From IMG/VR virus record IMGVR_UViG_2671180543_000010: 16,137 nt of DNA, one strand, 5' to 3'. This document shows, piece by piece, positions 1-7,758 of this stretch; positions within the stretch are counted from its first letter, which is position 1, and each line of letters opens with the position of its first letter. The notes under the pieces are model-generated. The model made no database searches and had not been told where the DNA came from. It saw only the letters and a list, made by a program, of their open reading frames with translations. Both the position numbers and the translations under genes were made by a program. This DNA is from a virus (Duplodnaviria; Heunggongvirae; Uroviricota; Caudoviricetes).

Positions 1-1461
1 ATGAAAAAATTACTGCGTCTTTTTTTCCCGCTCTCGCTGCGGGTACGTTTTCTGTTGGCAACGGCAGCGGTAGTACTGGTGCTTTCGCTTGCCTACGGAA
101 TGGTCGCGCTGATCGGTTATAGCGTCAGTTTCGATAAAACTACGTTTCGGCTGTTACGTGGCGAGAGCAATCTGTTCTATACCCTTGCGCAGTGGGAAAA
201 CAATAAGTTGCATGTCGAGTTACCCGAAAATATCGACAAGCAAAGCCCCACCATGACGCTAATTTATGATGAGAACGGGCAGCTTTTATGGGCGCAACGT
301 GACGTGCCCTGGCTGATGAAAATGATCCAGCCTGACTGGCTGAAATCGAATGGTTTTCATGAAATTGAAGCGGATGTTAACGATACCAGCCTCTTGCTGA
401 GTGGAGATCATTCGATACAGCAACAGTTGCAGGAAGTGCGGGAAGATGATGACGACGCGGAGATGACCCACTCGGTGGCGGTAAACGTCTACCCGGCAAC
501 ATCGCGGATGCCAAAATTAACCATTGTGGTGGTGGATACCATTCCGGTGGAGCTAAAAAGTTCCTATATGGTCTGGAGCTGGTTTATCTATGTGCTCTCA
601 GCCAATCTGCTGTTAGTGATCCCGCTGCTGTGGGTCGCCGCCTGGTGGAGTTTACGCCCCATCGAAGCCCTGGCAAAAGAAGTCCGCGAACTGGAAGAAC
701 ATAACCGCGAATTGCTCAATCCAGCCACAACGCGAGAACTGACCAGTCTGGTACGAAACCTGAACCGATTGTTAAAAAGTGAACGCGAACGTTACGACAA
801 ATACCGTACGACGCTCACCGACCTGACCCATAGTCTGAAAACGCCACTGGCGGTGCTGCAAAGTACGCTGCGTTCTCTGCGTAGTGAAAAGATGAGCGTC
901 AGTGATGCTGAGCCGGTAATGCTGGAGCAAATCAGCCGCATTTCACAGCAAATTGGCTACTACCTGCATCGTGCCAGTATGCGCGGCGGGACATTGCTCA
1001 GCCGCGAGCTGCATCCGGTCGCCCCACTGCTGGACAATCTCACCTCAGCGCTGAACAAAGTGTATCAACGCAAAGGGGTCAATATCTCTCTCGATATTTC
1101 GCCAGAGATCAGCTTTGTCGGTGAGCAGAACGATTTTGTCGAGGTGATGGGCAACGTGCTGGATAATGCCTGTAAATATTGCCTCGAGTTTGTCGAAATT
1201 TCTGCAAGGCAAACCGACGAGCATCTCTATATTGTGGTCGAGGATGATGGCCCCGGTATTCCATTAAGCAAGCGAGAGGTCATTTTCGACCGTGGTCAAC
1301 GGGTTGATACTTTACGCCCTGGGCAAGGTGTAGGGCTGGCGGTAGCCCGCGAAATCACCGAGCAATATGAGGGTAAAATCGTCGCCGGAGAGAGCATGCT
1401 GGGCGGTGCGCGGATGGAGGTGATTTTTGGTCGCCAGCATTCTGCGCCGAAAGATGAATAA
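1..1461 (+). CDS. phoQ: PhoQ sensor histidine kinase of the PhoP/PhoQ two-component system (complete, 486 aa)
   Basis: Full-length ORF recognised as E. coli-type PhoQ: two N-terminal TM segments, periplasmic acidic patch [12 protein letters not shown]-box [14 protein letters not shown] boxes [23 protein letters not shown]. Stop TAA at 1459..1461. Confidence 0.97.
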   Translation: MKKLLRLFFPLSLRVRFLLATAAVVLVLSLAYGMVALIGYSVSFDKTTFRLLRGESNLFYTLAQWENNKLHVELPENIDKQSPTMTLIYDENGQLLWAQRDVPWLMKMIQPDWLKSNGFHEIEADVNDTSLLLSGDHSIQQQLQEVREDDDDAEMTHSVAVNVYPATSRMPKLTIVVVDTIPVELKSSYMVWSWFIYVLSANLLLVIPLLWVAAWWSLRPIEALAKEVRELEEHNRELLNPATTRELTSLVRNLNRLLKSERERYDKYRTTLTDLTHSLKTPLAVLQSTLRSLRSEKMSVSDAEPVMLEQISRISQQIGYYLHRASMRGGTLLSRELHPVAPLLDNLTSALNKVYQRKGVNISLDISPEISFVGEQNDFVEVMGNVLDNACKYCLEFVEISARQTDEHLYIVVEDDGPGIPLSKREVIFDRGQRVDTLRPGQGVGLAVAREITEQYEGKIVAGESMLGGARMEVIFGRQHSAPKDE

Positions 1462-1579
1462 ATATGTCCTTTTACCACTACATCAAGTCATTGATTCGAT
1501 CAAACAATTTTCATTGAAAAAGTGCCAAAAATCGCAAATTGACTACACCATTAACTACACCGTTCGGTGCACTGTATGA

Positions 1580-1604
1580 AACAACGTGGAACAAATAGAC
1601 ACAA
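1580..1604. repeat. Three AACAA half-sites at exact 10-bp spacing (1580-1584, 1590-1594, 1600-1604) containing box ACAACGTGGAACAA; preceded by direct repeat ACTACACC x2 (1542-1549, 1554-1561)
   Basis: Read directly from sequence; the same box recurs at 9143-9156 and, on the other strand, at 14816-14860. Candidate arm-type/RDF or regulator binding array near the phoQ-proximal island end. Confidence 0.5.
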
Positions 1605-1973
1605 GAAATATACAGGCGGGTAATCTTTCCAGGGGGAAGCGCACCAATTCATGAGGGGCGTTAATGTCGATATGGGGATCCCCATAACGGGGCTACCGGA
1701 TTTTTTTTCCGGTTAACCTTTAATCAGGCTGGTGGGTTTTACATACCCTTGATCACCGTAATGATGATCCAGATGTGCACCTTTTCCACCAATGGCGGAA
1801 AAGCTCCAACCGTAACGATGATCGCTATGGTTGCCTCGATGGTCTGCGTGGTCATTATGACCGTTCAGCCAGTGACCTTAATCAGAATTTTTCGCTAAAA
1901 AATGACGTTGGCCACGTCATCCGGAAAGCACAAAATCACGTCGATTTTTAATGAACGGTTAAACCGTCTTTTT

Positions 1974-2008
1974 GTCACGGTGTGTCACTGGTTGTCACTC
2001 TCCGTCAC
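1974..2008. repeat. Four GTCAC direct repeats with exact 10-bp period (ttGTCACgg tgtGTCACtg gttGTCACtc tccGTCACga)
   Basis: Direct reading; helical-phase spacing typical of a protein-binding array (integrase arm-type sites, RHH operator or packaging-site repeats). Related GTGTCAC motif sits in the 13619-13634 operator palindrome. Confidence 0.5.
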
Positions 2009-2222
2009 GATTGAGGTGGTGGTCATTCTGCCCGACCGCGCATCTTTGCGCTATCGGGAATATCAAACAGTTACCTCGCCGACTTCCTCAAATTGAGGTT
2101 TCCGAAAATATCAGAGCGGGTTAGCGATTAAGCTGACGAGTAATTAAACTGCGAAAATTTCGTAGTTTCTGAATATATTCCGGCCTGCTGGTTAACAGTC
2201 CTCAGATGTGAGGGATGTAGCC

Positions 2223-2248
2223 AGCGCAATTTTGCGCTTTGCTTTAAT
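2223..2248. terminator. Hairpin AGCGCA-ATTT-TGCGCT followed by T-rich tract on + strand; lies just 3' of the last island gene
   Basis: Inverted repeat read from sequence; T-run is on the + strand only, so function as a minus-strand terminator is uncertain. Confidence 0.3.
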
Positions 2249-2257
2249 CTCAGTGAG

Positions 2258-2539
2258 TTACCGCCGTAACCGCTCCGGCTTCTTCCAGTGGTACGTGATT
2301 TTCTCCTTCTCCCGATACAGTTCAACGCGGCGATTGTAGGCCAGCATTTCCAGAACGCGGATCCGTATGTCGCGCATATCCGCATCATTAAGCTGGATAC
2401 CATCACGGCGCATCACCTCAGCAACAACACGCGCATAATTTTCGGCTGTCACGCTGTCCGGCTGCGTGGTCTGTTCGTCAGCCTGCTGGCTGATTCCAGA
2501 GACGCGGCGGATTAATCGCAGTATTTCGGCTTCTGTCAT
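2258..2539 (-). CDS. Hypothetical 93-aa protein, last gene of the island, immediately after terL
   Basis: ORF with GAGGT Shine-Dalgarno 7 nt upstream of ATG, starting 14 nt after terL stop; no recognisable domain. Confidence 0.55.
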   Translation of the reverse strand: MTEAEILRLIRRVSGISQQADEQTTQPDSVTAENYARVVAEVMRRDGIQLNDADMRDIRIRVLEMLAYNRRVELYREKEKITYHWKKPERLRR

Positions 2540-2552
2540 GCTGCTGACCTCA

Positions 2553-4214
2553 TTACACCCCGCTAAATTCTTCCAGTTTCTGGCGGTGGCTGTCGCTTAT
2601 ATCAAAAGCAAAATCCTCATGCTCTGCCTGGAATGTACCAAACGCCATCAGCGCCGCTACGCTCGGGTCTATCTTGTTCGGTGATTTTTTCTTGTTCGGC
2701 TTGATATTGGCGTTCGCGTCACTCTGCATCACGACGTTACTCATCGACCAGGACAACACCGGATCGCCACGATGCACAATCACCCTGCGGTTAACAAAAA
2801 CTTCGAACGATTTCGCCGCCGGACTGAATCTGAGGTAGGTTTGCGGGAACGGCTCCACCTCAAAACCAGCCCCCTGTAATTGCGTCCTGAGATGCGTGGC
2901 GTTCCACGTATCAAAGCCCACCAGCCTGATATTAAATTTCTCCGCATCCTGCATGATGTCATCTCTGATCCGGTCGTAATCAATGCAGTCACCTGGCGTT
3001 GTGCGTATCCAGCCCGCTTTAGCCCACTGGCGATAGACAGCGCGGTTTTTATTGGCGGGGTTCTGTAGCTGGAACTCCGGCAGATAATGACGGGAAATCA
3101 GCATAATGGTTTTACCGACCGGAAAGGCATAGCATACGCTGGAAATATCGCTGGTTGATGATAAGTCCAGCCCCGCGTAACACTCCTGACCGTGTAAATC
3201 TTCCTCCGTGAACGTTCCGGCACACTCAGCCCATGCACCATTACCCATCCACGGGGTAGTCCCCTGACACCAGATATTAAATCGCTTTGTCATCATCTCC
3301 ACCCACTGCGACGGAATACCCCGCGCTTTCTGGATGGTTGAGGCCAGTTTTTCACGATCCACGGAAACATCAATATTAGGGTTCGCCTTTATCCACATCG
3401 CCGGATCATCAACCTCGTTTTCGTCGTCCAGTTCGTAAATCAGTACAAAAATTGAATCGTTAACCTCTTCGCCGTCCAGGATCTGGCAGCAATAATCATA
3501 GTGCTGTTTACAGGCTGAAACGACGTTACTGCCCGATGTGGTAATGGCAAATAACAGCCCTTCGGGACGTGCGCCCATCCCCAGCTCAAGCGCGGAATAA
3601 ACGCCGTTATCGGGGTGTAGGTGGTATTCGTCCACGATGGAAAGACTGGGGTTTGTCCCCTCGATGGTTGCCGCTTTTGCTGCCAGCGGCTTTAACAGGC
3701 TGTTGCTTTTCGGGTGTATCACCTTATGCGCCTGAATATTCACCCGCCTGCGTAACGGTCGGGATAAAAGGCACATCTGACGCGCATTATCAAACACGAT
3801 CCGCGCCTGGTCACGGCTCACCGCTGCGGTGTAGATATCCTGCTGACCGTTCTCCATAATCAGAAACCAGTTAGCCAGAATCGCGGCGGTCGTGGATTTC
3901 GCATTTTTGCGCGGCACTTCGATAAAGGCGCTCGTGTATTTGCGCCGTCCGGTGGCCTTAACCTTAAAGCCGAGGATGCACGCAAAGGCGAACTGCTGCC
4001 ACGGCTCCAGCTCAATGGGTCTGCCACGCATCGGTCCTTTTACGTGCGGGCACACCCTGGAAAAGGCAATAAACCGCTCCACAACCTCACGATCGAACGT
4101 GTAAAGGGGGCTTTTAAGGTCCGAAAAGTACCGTTTAACAGCCTGTTTTAACCGTTTACAGGCCGGAATTTTGCCCGTTTTTACGTCTTCTGCGTACTTA
4201 TTCCAGGCGGTCAA
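2553..4214 (-). CDS. Terminase large subunit (Terminase_1/HK97-like ATPase-nuclease), 553 aa
   Basis: Walker A-like VPRKNAKST, Walker B-like SIVDEYH, typical length; start overlaps terS 3' end. Confidence 0.9.
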   Translation of the reverse strand: MTAWNKYAEDVKTGKIPACKRLKQAVKRYFSDLKSPLYTFDREVVERFIAFSRVCPHVKGPMRGRPIELEPWQQFAFACILGFKVKATGRRKYTSAFIEVPRKNAKSTTAAILANWFLIMENGQQDIYTAAVSRDQARIVFDNARQMCLLSRPLRRRVNIQAHKVIHPKSNSLLKPLAAKAATIEGTNPSLSIVDEYHLHPDNGVYSALELGMGARPEGLLFAITTSGSNVVSACKQHYDYCCQILDGEEVNDSIFVLIYELDDENEVDDPAMWIKANPNIDVSVDREKLASTIQKARGIPSQWVEMMTKRFNIWCQGTTPWMGNGAWAECAGTFTEEDLHGQECYAGLDLSSTSDISSVCYAFPVGKTIMLISRHYLPEFQLQNPANKNRAVYRQWAKAGWIRTTPGDCIDYDRIRDDIMQDAEKFNIRLVGFDTWNATHLRTQLQGAGFEVEPFPQTYLRFSPAAKSFEVFVNRRVIVHRGDPVLSWSMSNVVMQSDANANIKPNKKKSPNKIDPSVAALMAFGTFQAEHEDFAFDISDSHRQKLEEFSGV

Positions 4215-4548
4215 GCTCGTCCTCTTCTTCTGTTTCCGGTGGATTTTTACGGCGGCTTATCGGGTCAAAACCGAGCAAGGAGGCCATTTTTATCATCACT
4301 CTTTCAGCGTCGGATTTTGCGCTTAATGCGGGGTTTCTGCTCTCGCCGCCCTGACTGTTAACAATGCTGAACCCGCGCGCCGCAAGGTCTGCAACGGCTT
4401 TCCGGTAAATGGAGTAGTTGACGCAATACAGTTCCAGATTGCTCCAGTCGGCGGGGGTCAGGTCTCCCCGTTCCGCAAGCTGCCGCGATTTTTCCCGCCA
4501 CTGCTTCACGGCGATATCATCCAGGTAGGCGGGGGCGGGGTTGTCCCG
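4198..4548 (-). CDS. Terminase small subunit, P27 family (C-terminal 116 aa resolved; N-terminus lost in N-gap)
   Basis: Motif LTPADWSNLELYCVNYSIYRKAVADLAARGF and acidic C-terminal tail typical of P27-type TerS; ORF runs into the 4549..4603 N-run, so the true start is unknown. Confidence 0.8.
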   Translation of the reverse strand, partial: RDNPAPAYLDDIAVKQWREKSRQLAERGDLTPADWSNLELYCVNYSIYRKAVADLAARGFSIVNSQGGESRNPALSAKSDAERVMIKMASLLGFDPISRRKNPPETEEEDELDRLE

Positions 4549-4603
4549 NNNNNNNNNNNNNNNNNNNNNNNNNNNNNNNNNNNNNNNNNNNNNNNNNNNN
4601 NNN
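4549..4603. other. Assembly gap (55 N) inside terS 5' region
   Basis: Run of N in sequence. Confidence 1.
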
Positions 4604-4640
4604 GTCCTGAAAACGCCCCCCACCCCGTCATACAGCCTCA

Positions 4641-4823
4641 TCAGCGATTGCGGAAACATTCCATAACCTCGCGGTCACGGTCGGTTAATCGCTTCGCTGT
4701 GATGCGTTCTGCGCGTCCTGACGCTTTATCTTTATGCCCTGTTTCCTGTGTCTTCCATGCGTCACGCTGCCTTATAAGTCCACGGATAAGGCGGTTTTGT
4801 TCCCGCTCATTCATCAGCGTCAT
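4641..4823 (-). CDS. Possible 60-aa basic protein between HNH and terS (MTLMNEREQNRLIRGLIRQRDAW...); alternatively non-coding cos/packaging region
   Basis: ORF in a different frame overlapping the HNH stop; no strong RBS seen; the position is where HK97-like HNH/terminase systems place cos. Confidence 0.3.
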   Translation of the reverse strand: MTLMNEREQNRLIRGLIRQRDAWKTQETGHKDKASGRAERITAKRLTDRDREVMECFRNR

Positions 4824-5247
4824 ACATCCAGTTATTGCGGTTAGCAGCCCGTTCTTCCTCTTCACGAAATCCACCTGCGGCACGCTTGCTTTTTGTTGCC
4901 GGATCAAGCCATTTCGTTTTCTGGTTATGACACGCCTGGCACAATGGTTGATGGTTCCATTCGGGCCAGAAGAGAACATCATCACCGCCATTAATCGGGA
5001 TAATGTGATCCACCACCACGGCGGGCGTATATATCCCCTTCTCAAGGCATCGCACGCATAACGGGTTTTTACTCAGATACATGGCGCGGTATTTGTCCCA
5101 CTGTCTGGAATATCCACGCGCGCGGCGGTGTCCTCGTCTGGCATCCTCTGCACGCCATGCCGCCCGCCTGTGCTCCTCACACTTGCCGGATTTAACGCGC
5201 CTGTTACAGCCTGGTTCTGTGCATCGTCTTAATGGTTGCCACGGCAT
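4807..5247 (-). CDS. HNH endonuclease (terminase-associated, HK97 gp74-like), 146 aa
   Basis: Cys-rich N-terminus (CTEPGCNRRV...C), core VVDHIIPINGGDD...N...LCQACHNQKT; GGGGGGG Shine-Dalgarno 5 nt upstream; start overlaps stop of the upstream gene. Confidence 0.88.
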   Translation of the reverse strand: MPWQPLRRCTEPGCNRRVKSGKCEEHRRAAWRAEDARRGHRRARGYSRQWDKYRAMYLSKNPLCVRCLEKGIYTPAVVVDHIIPINGGDDVLFWPEWNHQPLCQACHNQKTKWLDPATKSKRAAGGFREEEERAANRNNWMYDADE

Positions 5248-5602
5248 CAGTACCCCCCCACATCACGGTAAGCCGTCCAGAGTGCGCCTATCGTCATGGG
5301 TACGCGTGTTTTTGCGTTATCCGCGACAATCTGGCGATTTTCATACAGGTGAGCGATAAACATCATGCAGCCAATCTTTATGGCTGGGGGGGACGCCACC
5401 CNNNNNNNNNNNNNNNNNNNNNNNNNNNNNNNNNNNNNNNNNNNNNNNNNNNNNNNNNNNNNNNNNNNNNNNNNNNNNNNNNNNNNNNNNNNNNNNNNNN
5501 NNNNNNNNNNNNNNNNNNNNNNNNNNNNNNNNNNNNNTCATCGTCGCCATCGATGCGGCAATGGAGTTTCACTTCTTCCAGGGTGATAAGTTCTTCTGTC
5601 AT
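5247..5602 (-). CDS. gp6-like head-tail connector protein (Phage_connect_1), interrupted by N-gap
   Basis: N-terminus MTEELITLEEVKLHCRIDGDD matches the gp6-family signature; after the gap a third frame stays open for 51 codons and its TGA overlaps the HNH ATG. Frame through the gap is unknown. Confidence 0.6.
5402..5537. other. Assembly gap (136 N) inside the connector gene
   Basis: Run of N in sequence. Confidence 1.
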
Positions 5603-5937
5603 TTTTCCGCGCCCTCACGACAAAGAATTTCAAGGCGTGTCCTGGCGGCATCCGGCAGCGGCTGCCCGATGATATTCAGTACACGCCCCGCCAGCGGCCC
5701 CGTACTGACCTTTATCCGGCTGGTGGCGTTGATGTCCTTCCGGTACCGTATCCAGATCCTTACGGTACCAATCGCCAGCTCTGCGCCCGATGAAATGGCC
5801 TCCTTGCTGCTGACCATGTTCACGCTTGCCCAGAGTGTGTGACCGTCCTCCCACGTTTCGAGTATTTCGCCGGTTATATCCCTGGTCTGTTTCAGGGTCT
5901 GAATCGTTATCCTGTCACGCAGTCGCCCTATGTTCAT
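5599..5937 (-). CDS. Head-tail joining / head closure protein (Phage_H_T_join, SPP1 gp16-like), about 112 aa
   Basis: Motifs MNIGRLRDRITIQ, W..WASV, IRYRKDI, RLEILCRE; start chosen at internal Met whose ATG overlaps the portal stop (ATGA); track ORF extends to 5979. Confidence 0.8.
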   Translation of the reverse strand: MNIGRLRDRITIQTLKQTRDITGEILETWEDGHTLWASVNMVSSKEAISSGAELAIGTVRIWIRYRKDINATSRIKVSTGPLAGRVLNIIGQPLPDAARTRLEILCREGAEK

Positions 5938-7145
5938 TCCGGTTTTTCTCCCTCGCTGATTTTTACTTCCTGTTTCCATGCCTGGCTGAACTCATCACCA
6001 CCATCACGCGGTGACAGCCCTTCACGTTCGCGGGCTTCGTTCGGACACATAACGTCGGATTTTATGCCGCGCTCATAGGTGGCAAAGCGTTCGCCAGGTG
6101 TGGCCCGTAACAGGTCCGCGCTGTCAAACTCCACCTGATACCGGATACCAGGTACAGGCGAGGCCACCAGCAAGGCGTTTTTTATCTGCTGCTCAAAGTT
6201 CGCCAGCCACGGGCGCATCGTCATGGTGAGAAATGCGCGGCTTGCCTCGCTGAAGTTGCTGTAGGTGCTGTTGCTGTATTCCTGCAAAAAAATCGGCGAG
6301 ACGTTGAACATTCGGGCGATGTCTTCAATGGTGAAGCGACGGGAGGCCAGCCATTCGGCATCCTGATTACTCATGCCCAGCTGCTGATAGCTCATCCCCC
6401 CTTCAAGGATGGGCGTTTTTCCGGCGTTTCTGGCCCCTTTGTAGCGTTCCAGTGCGGCTAATGCCTGTTTGCCCCTCACGCCGTCCAGCCATTCGCCTGA
6501 CGTGATAACCCCTGCCGCCATCATGCCATCACGCATCACGCTCGCGCCGTGGCGTTGTTGGGCCAGCCCAAGCCCCAGCGATTCGCGGCAGATGGTTACA
6601 GGTGAGCGCCCCATAAAACCGTCATCCGTGGAGTAACGAAGGTGGAGAACCTCCCACGGTAAATAGTTGCGGATGTTTCCGGTGTAGGCGTCAGTGATGC
6701 AGTAGCGCCAGTTATGATCACCTGTCTGCTCCACGTTCACCGACTGCGGCGGGTAAGGATGTAAAGCCGCCGGAAAACCATCACGCCCCCACTGAATAAC
6801 CGCATAAGCATTACCACTTAACAGGCAGTAGCGGATCATCATTCGCTTAAACTGGTAGGGTGTCTGCCACGCGTTCGGGCGCTCGTTGAGGATGTGATCG
6901 ACCGGATGAGAATCAAGCCATTCGCGGGCCTCCTTCCCCTTCTCATTGCGTACCAGGTACAGGTAACACGGCATGGTAGCCACCGCGTCAGAGATGACCG
7001 TGACGGCGTTCATGACGGCGGGGAGTGATTCCGCTGTCCCAGATGATACGTACTCACCCGCCCCCGTGTTCGATGTGCCGGCCAGCGCCATAAATTCATC
7101 AAGCGTCATGCTGCGCTGCTCTTTTTTTCGTCTGAAAGGCCACAT
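5934..7145 (-). CDS. Portal protein, HK97 family, 403 aa
   Basis: Motifs CLLSGNAYAVIQ and TIEDIARMFNVSPIFL typical of Phage_portal; GGGGGTG Shine-Dalgarno; sits between protease and head-closure genes. Confidence 0.9.
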   Translation of the reverse strand: MWPFRRKKEQRSMTLDEFMALAGTSNTGAGEYVSSGTAESLPAVMNAVTVISDAVATMPCYLYLVRNEKGKEAREWLDSHPVDHILNERPNAWQTPYQFKRMMIRYCLLSGNAYAVIQWGRDGFPAALHPYPPQSVNVEQTGDHNWRYCITDAYTGNIRNYLPWEVLHLRYSTDDGFMGRSPVTICRESLGLGLAQQRHGASVMRDGMMAAGVITSGEWLDGVRGKQALAALERYKGARNAGKTPILEGGMSYQQLGMSNQDAEWLASRRFTIEDIARMFNVSPIFLQEYSNSTYSNFSEASRAFLTMTMRPWLANFEQQIKNALLVASPVPGIRYQVEFDSADLLRATPGERFATYERGIKSDVMCPNEAREREGLSPRDGGDEFSQAWKQEVKISEGEKPE

Positions 7146-7146
7146 A

Positions 7147-7704
7147 TCACACCCCCGCTAAATCCGCCCACCAGCGGCGATTATCCGCACGCGGCATTTT
7201 TTCGGGGTGCTGCTCATACAGGGAACGGCGGGCCAGCTCCACGCCGGAATCGGGGTAAGCCGGTACCGATGTAACGGTAATTTCGTACAGTTCCGCCACC
7301 AGCACGGTGCGCACGCATGGATCTGTTGTGGTATCCCATACATCCTTACGGGAGCGAAAGCCAAAGCTCATCCCCGAGATGTCCCCACGCTTAACCAGTT
7401 CGATAACGTCGCGCCCTGTACTGGTATCCGGTGGGGTCAGTTCAAAGCGTAACCCTGTTTCGTCCTCTTCCAGTTTCAGCGTGCCGGAACGGGTGCGCCC
7501 CAGTAACATGCTGTGGTCATGCTCATACAGGCCGCGAACGTCATTACCCGCCGCAAGCCATTCAGTAAACGCCCCCCGCTGGAATTTTTCGTAAAACTCA
7601 CCCCATAACAGTTCTGAAAGCTTATCCCAGCGAACAACGTAGCCCGTCAGCGTACCGGCTCCGCTGGTGGTGATTTCCGATGACCGGATTTCCATACTCT
7701 TCAT
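7147..7704 (-). CDS. Prohead maturation protease, HK97 family (peptidase S78/U35), about 185 aa
   Basis: Motifs LYEHD, GDISGMSFGF, LYEITVTSVPAYP; start set at the Met preceded by GGTGA (track ORF begins 5 codons earlier at 7719). Confidence 0.85.
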   Translation of the reverse strand: MKSMEIRSSEITTSGAGTLTGYVVRWDKLSELLWGEFYEKFQRGAFTEWLAAGNDVRGLYEHDHSMLLGRTRSGTLKLEEDETGLRFELTPPDTSTGRDVIELVKRGDISGMSFGFRSRKDVWDTTTDPCVRTVLVAELYEITVTSVPAYPDSGVELARRSLYEQHPEKMPRADNRRWWADLAGV

Positions 7705-7717
7705 AATTTTTTCACCC

Positions 7718-7748
7718 ATAAAACACTAAAGGGGCTTTTTAGCCCCTT
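7718..7748 (-). terminator. Intrinsic terminator-like hairpin (AAGGGGCT-TTTT-AGCCCCTT then U-rich) between capsid and protease genes
   Basis: 8-bp GC-rich stem and 4-nt loop followed on the minus strand by TTTAGTGTTTT; likely partial terminator setting capsid:protease/portal ratio. Confidence 0.55.
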
Positions 7749-7758
7749 CTGTATGCTG

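Noticed and set aside
1578-1604. PhoP box interpretation of the AACAA repeats downstream of phoQ
   Set aside because: The PhoP box is a TGTTTA direct repeat with 11-bp period; here the half-site is AACAA/TTGTT with 10-bp period, and the same box recurs inside the island.
1902-2096. Track ORF 1902..2096 (+), 64 aa
   Set aside because: It reads straight through the GTCAC repeat array and the core-like palindrome and has no Shine-Dalgarno; more likely non-coding regulatory DNA.
1462-2257. tRNA or tmRNA gene as integration target next to the island end
   Set aside because: No cloverleaf-compatible sequence or conserved T-loop motif seen by eye in this interval; the attachment site here does not appear to be a tRNA.
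2128-2515. Track ORFs 2128..2406 (-) and 2288..2515 (+) overlapping the 93-aa gene
   Set aside because: Alternative-frame or antisense shadows of the 2258..2539 gene with no RBS and low-complexity composition.
5232-5672. Gap-spanning track ORFs (5232..5672 +, 5341..5550 -, 5365..5586 +)
   Set aside because: Mostly X residues from translating the N-run; the frame across the gap is arbitrary.
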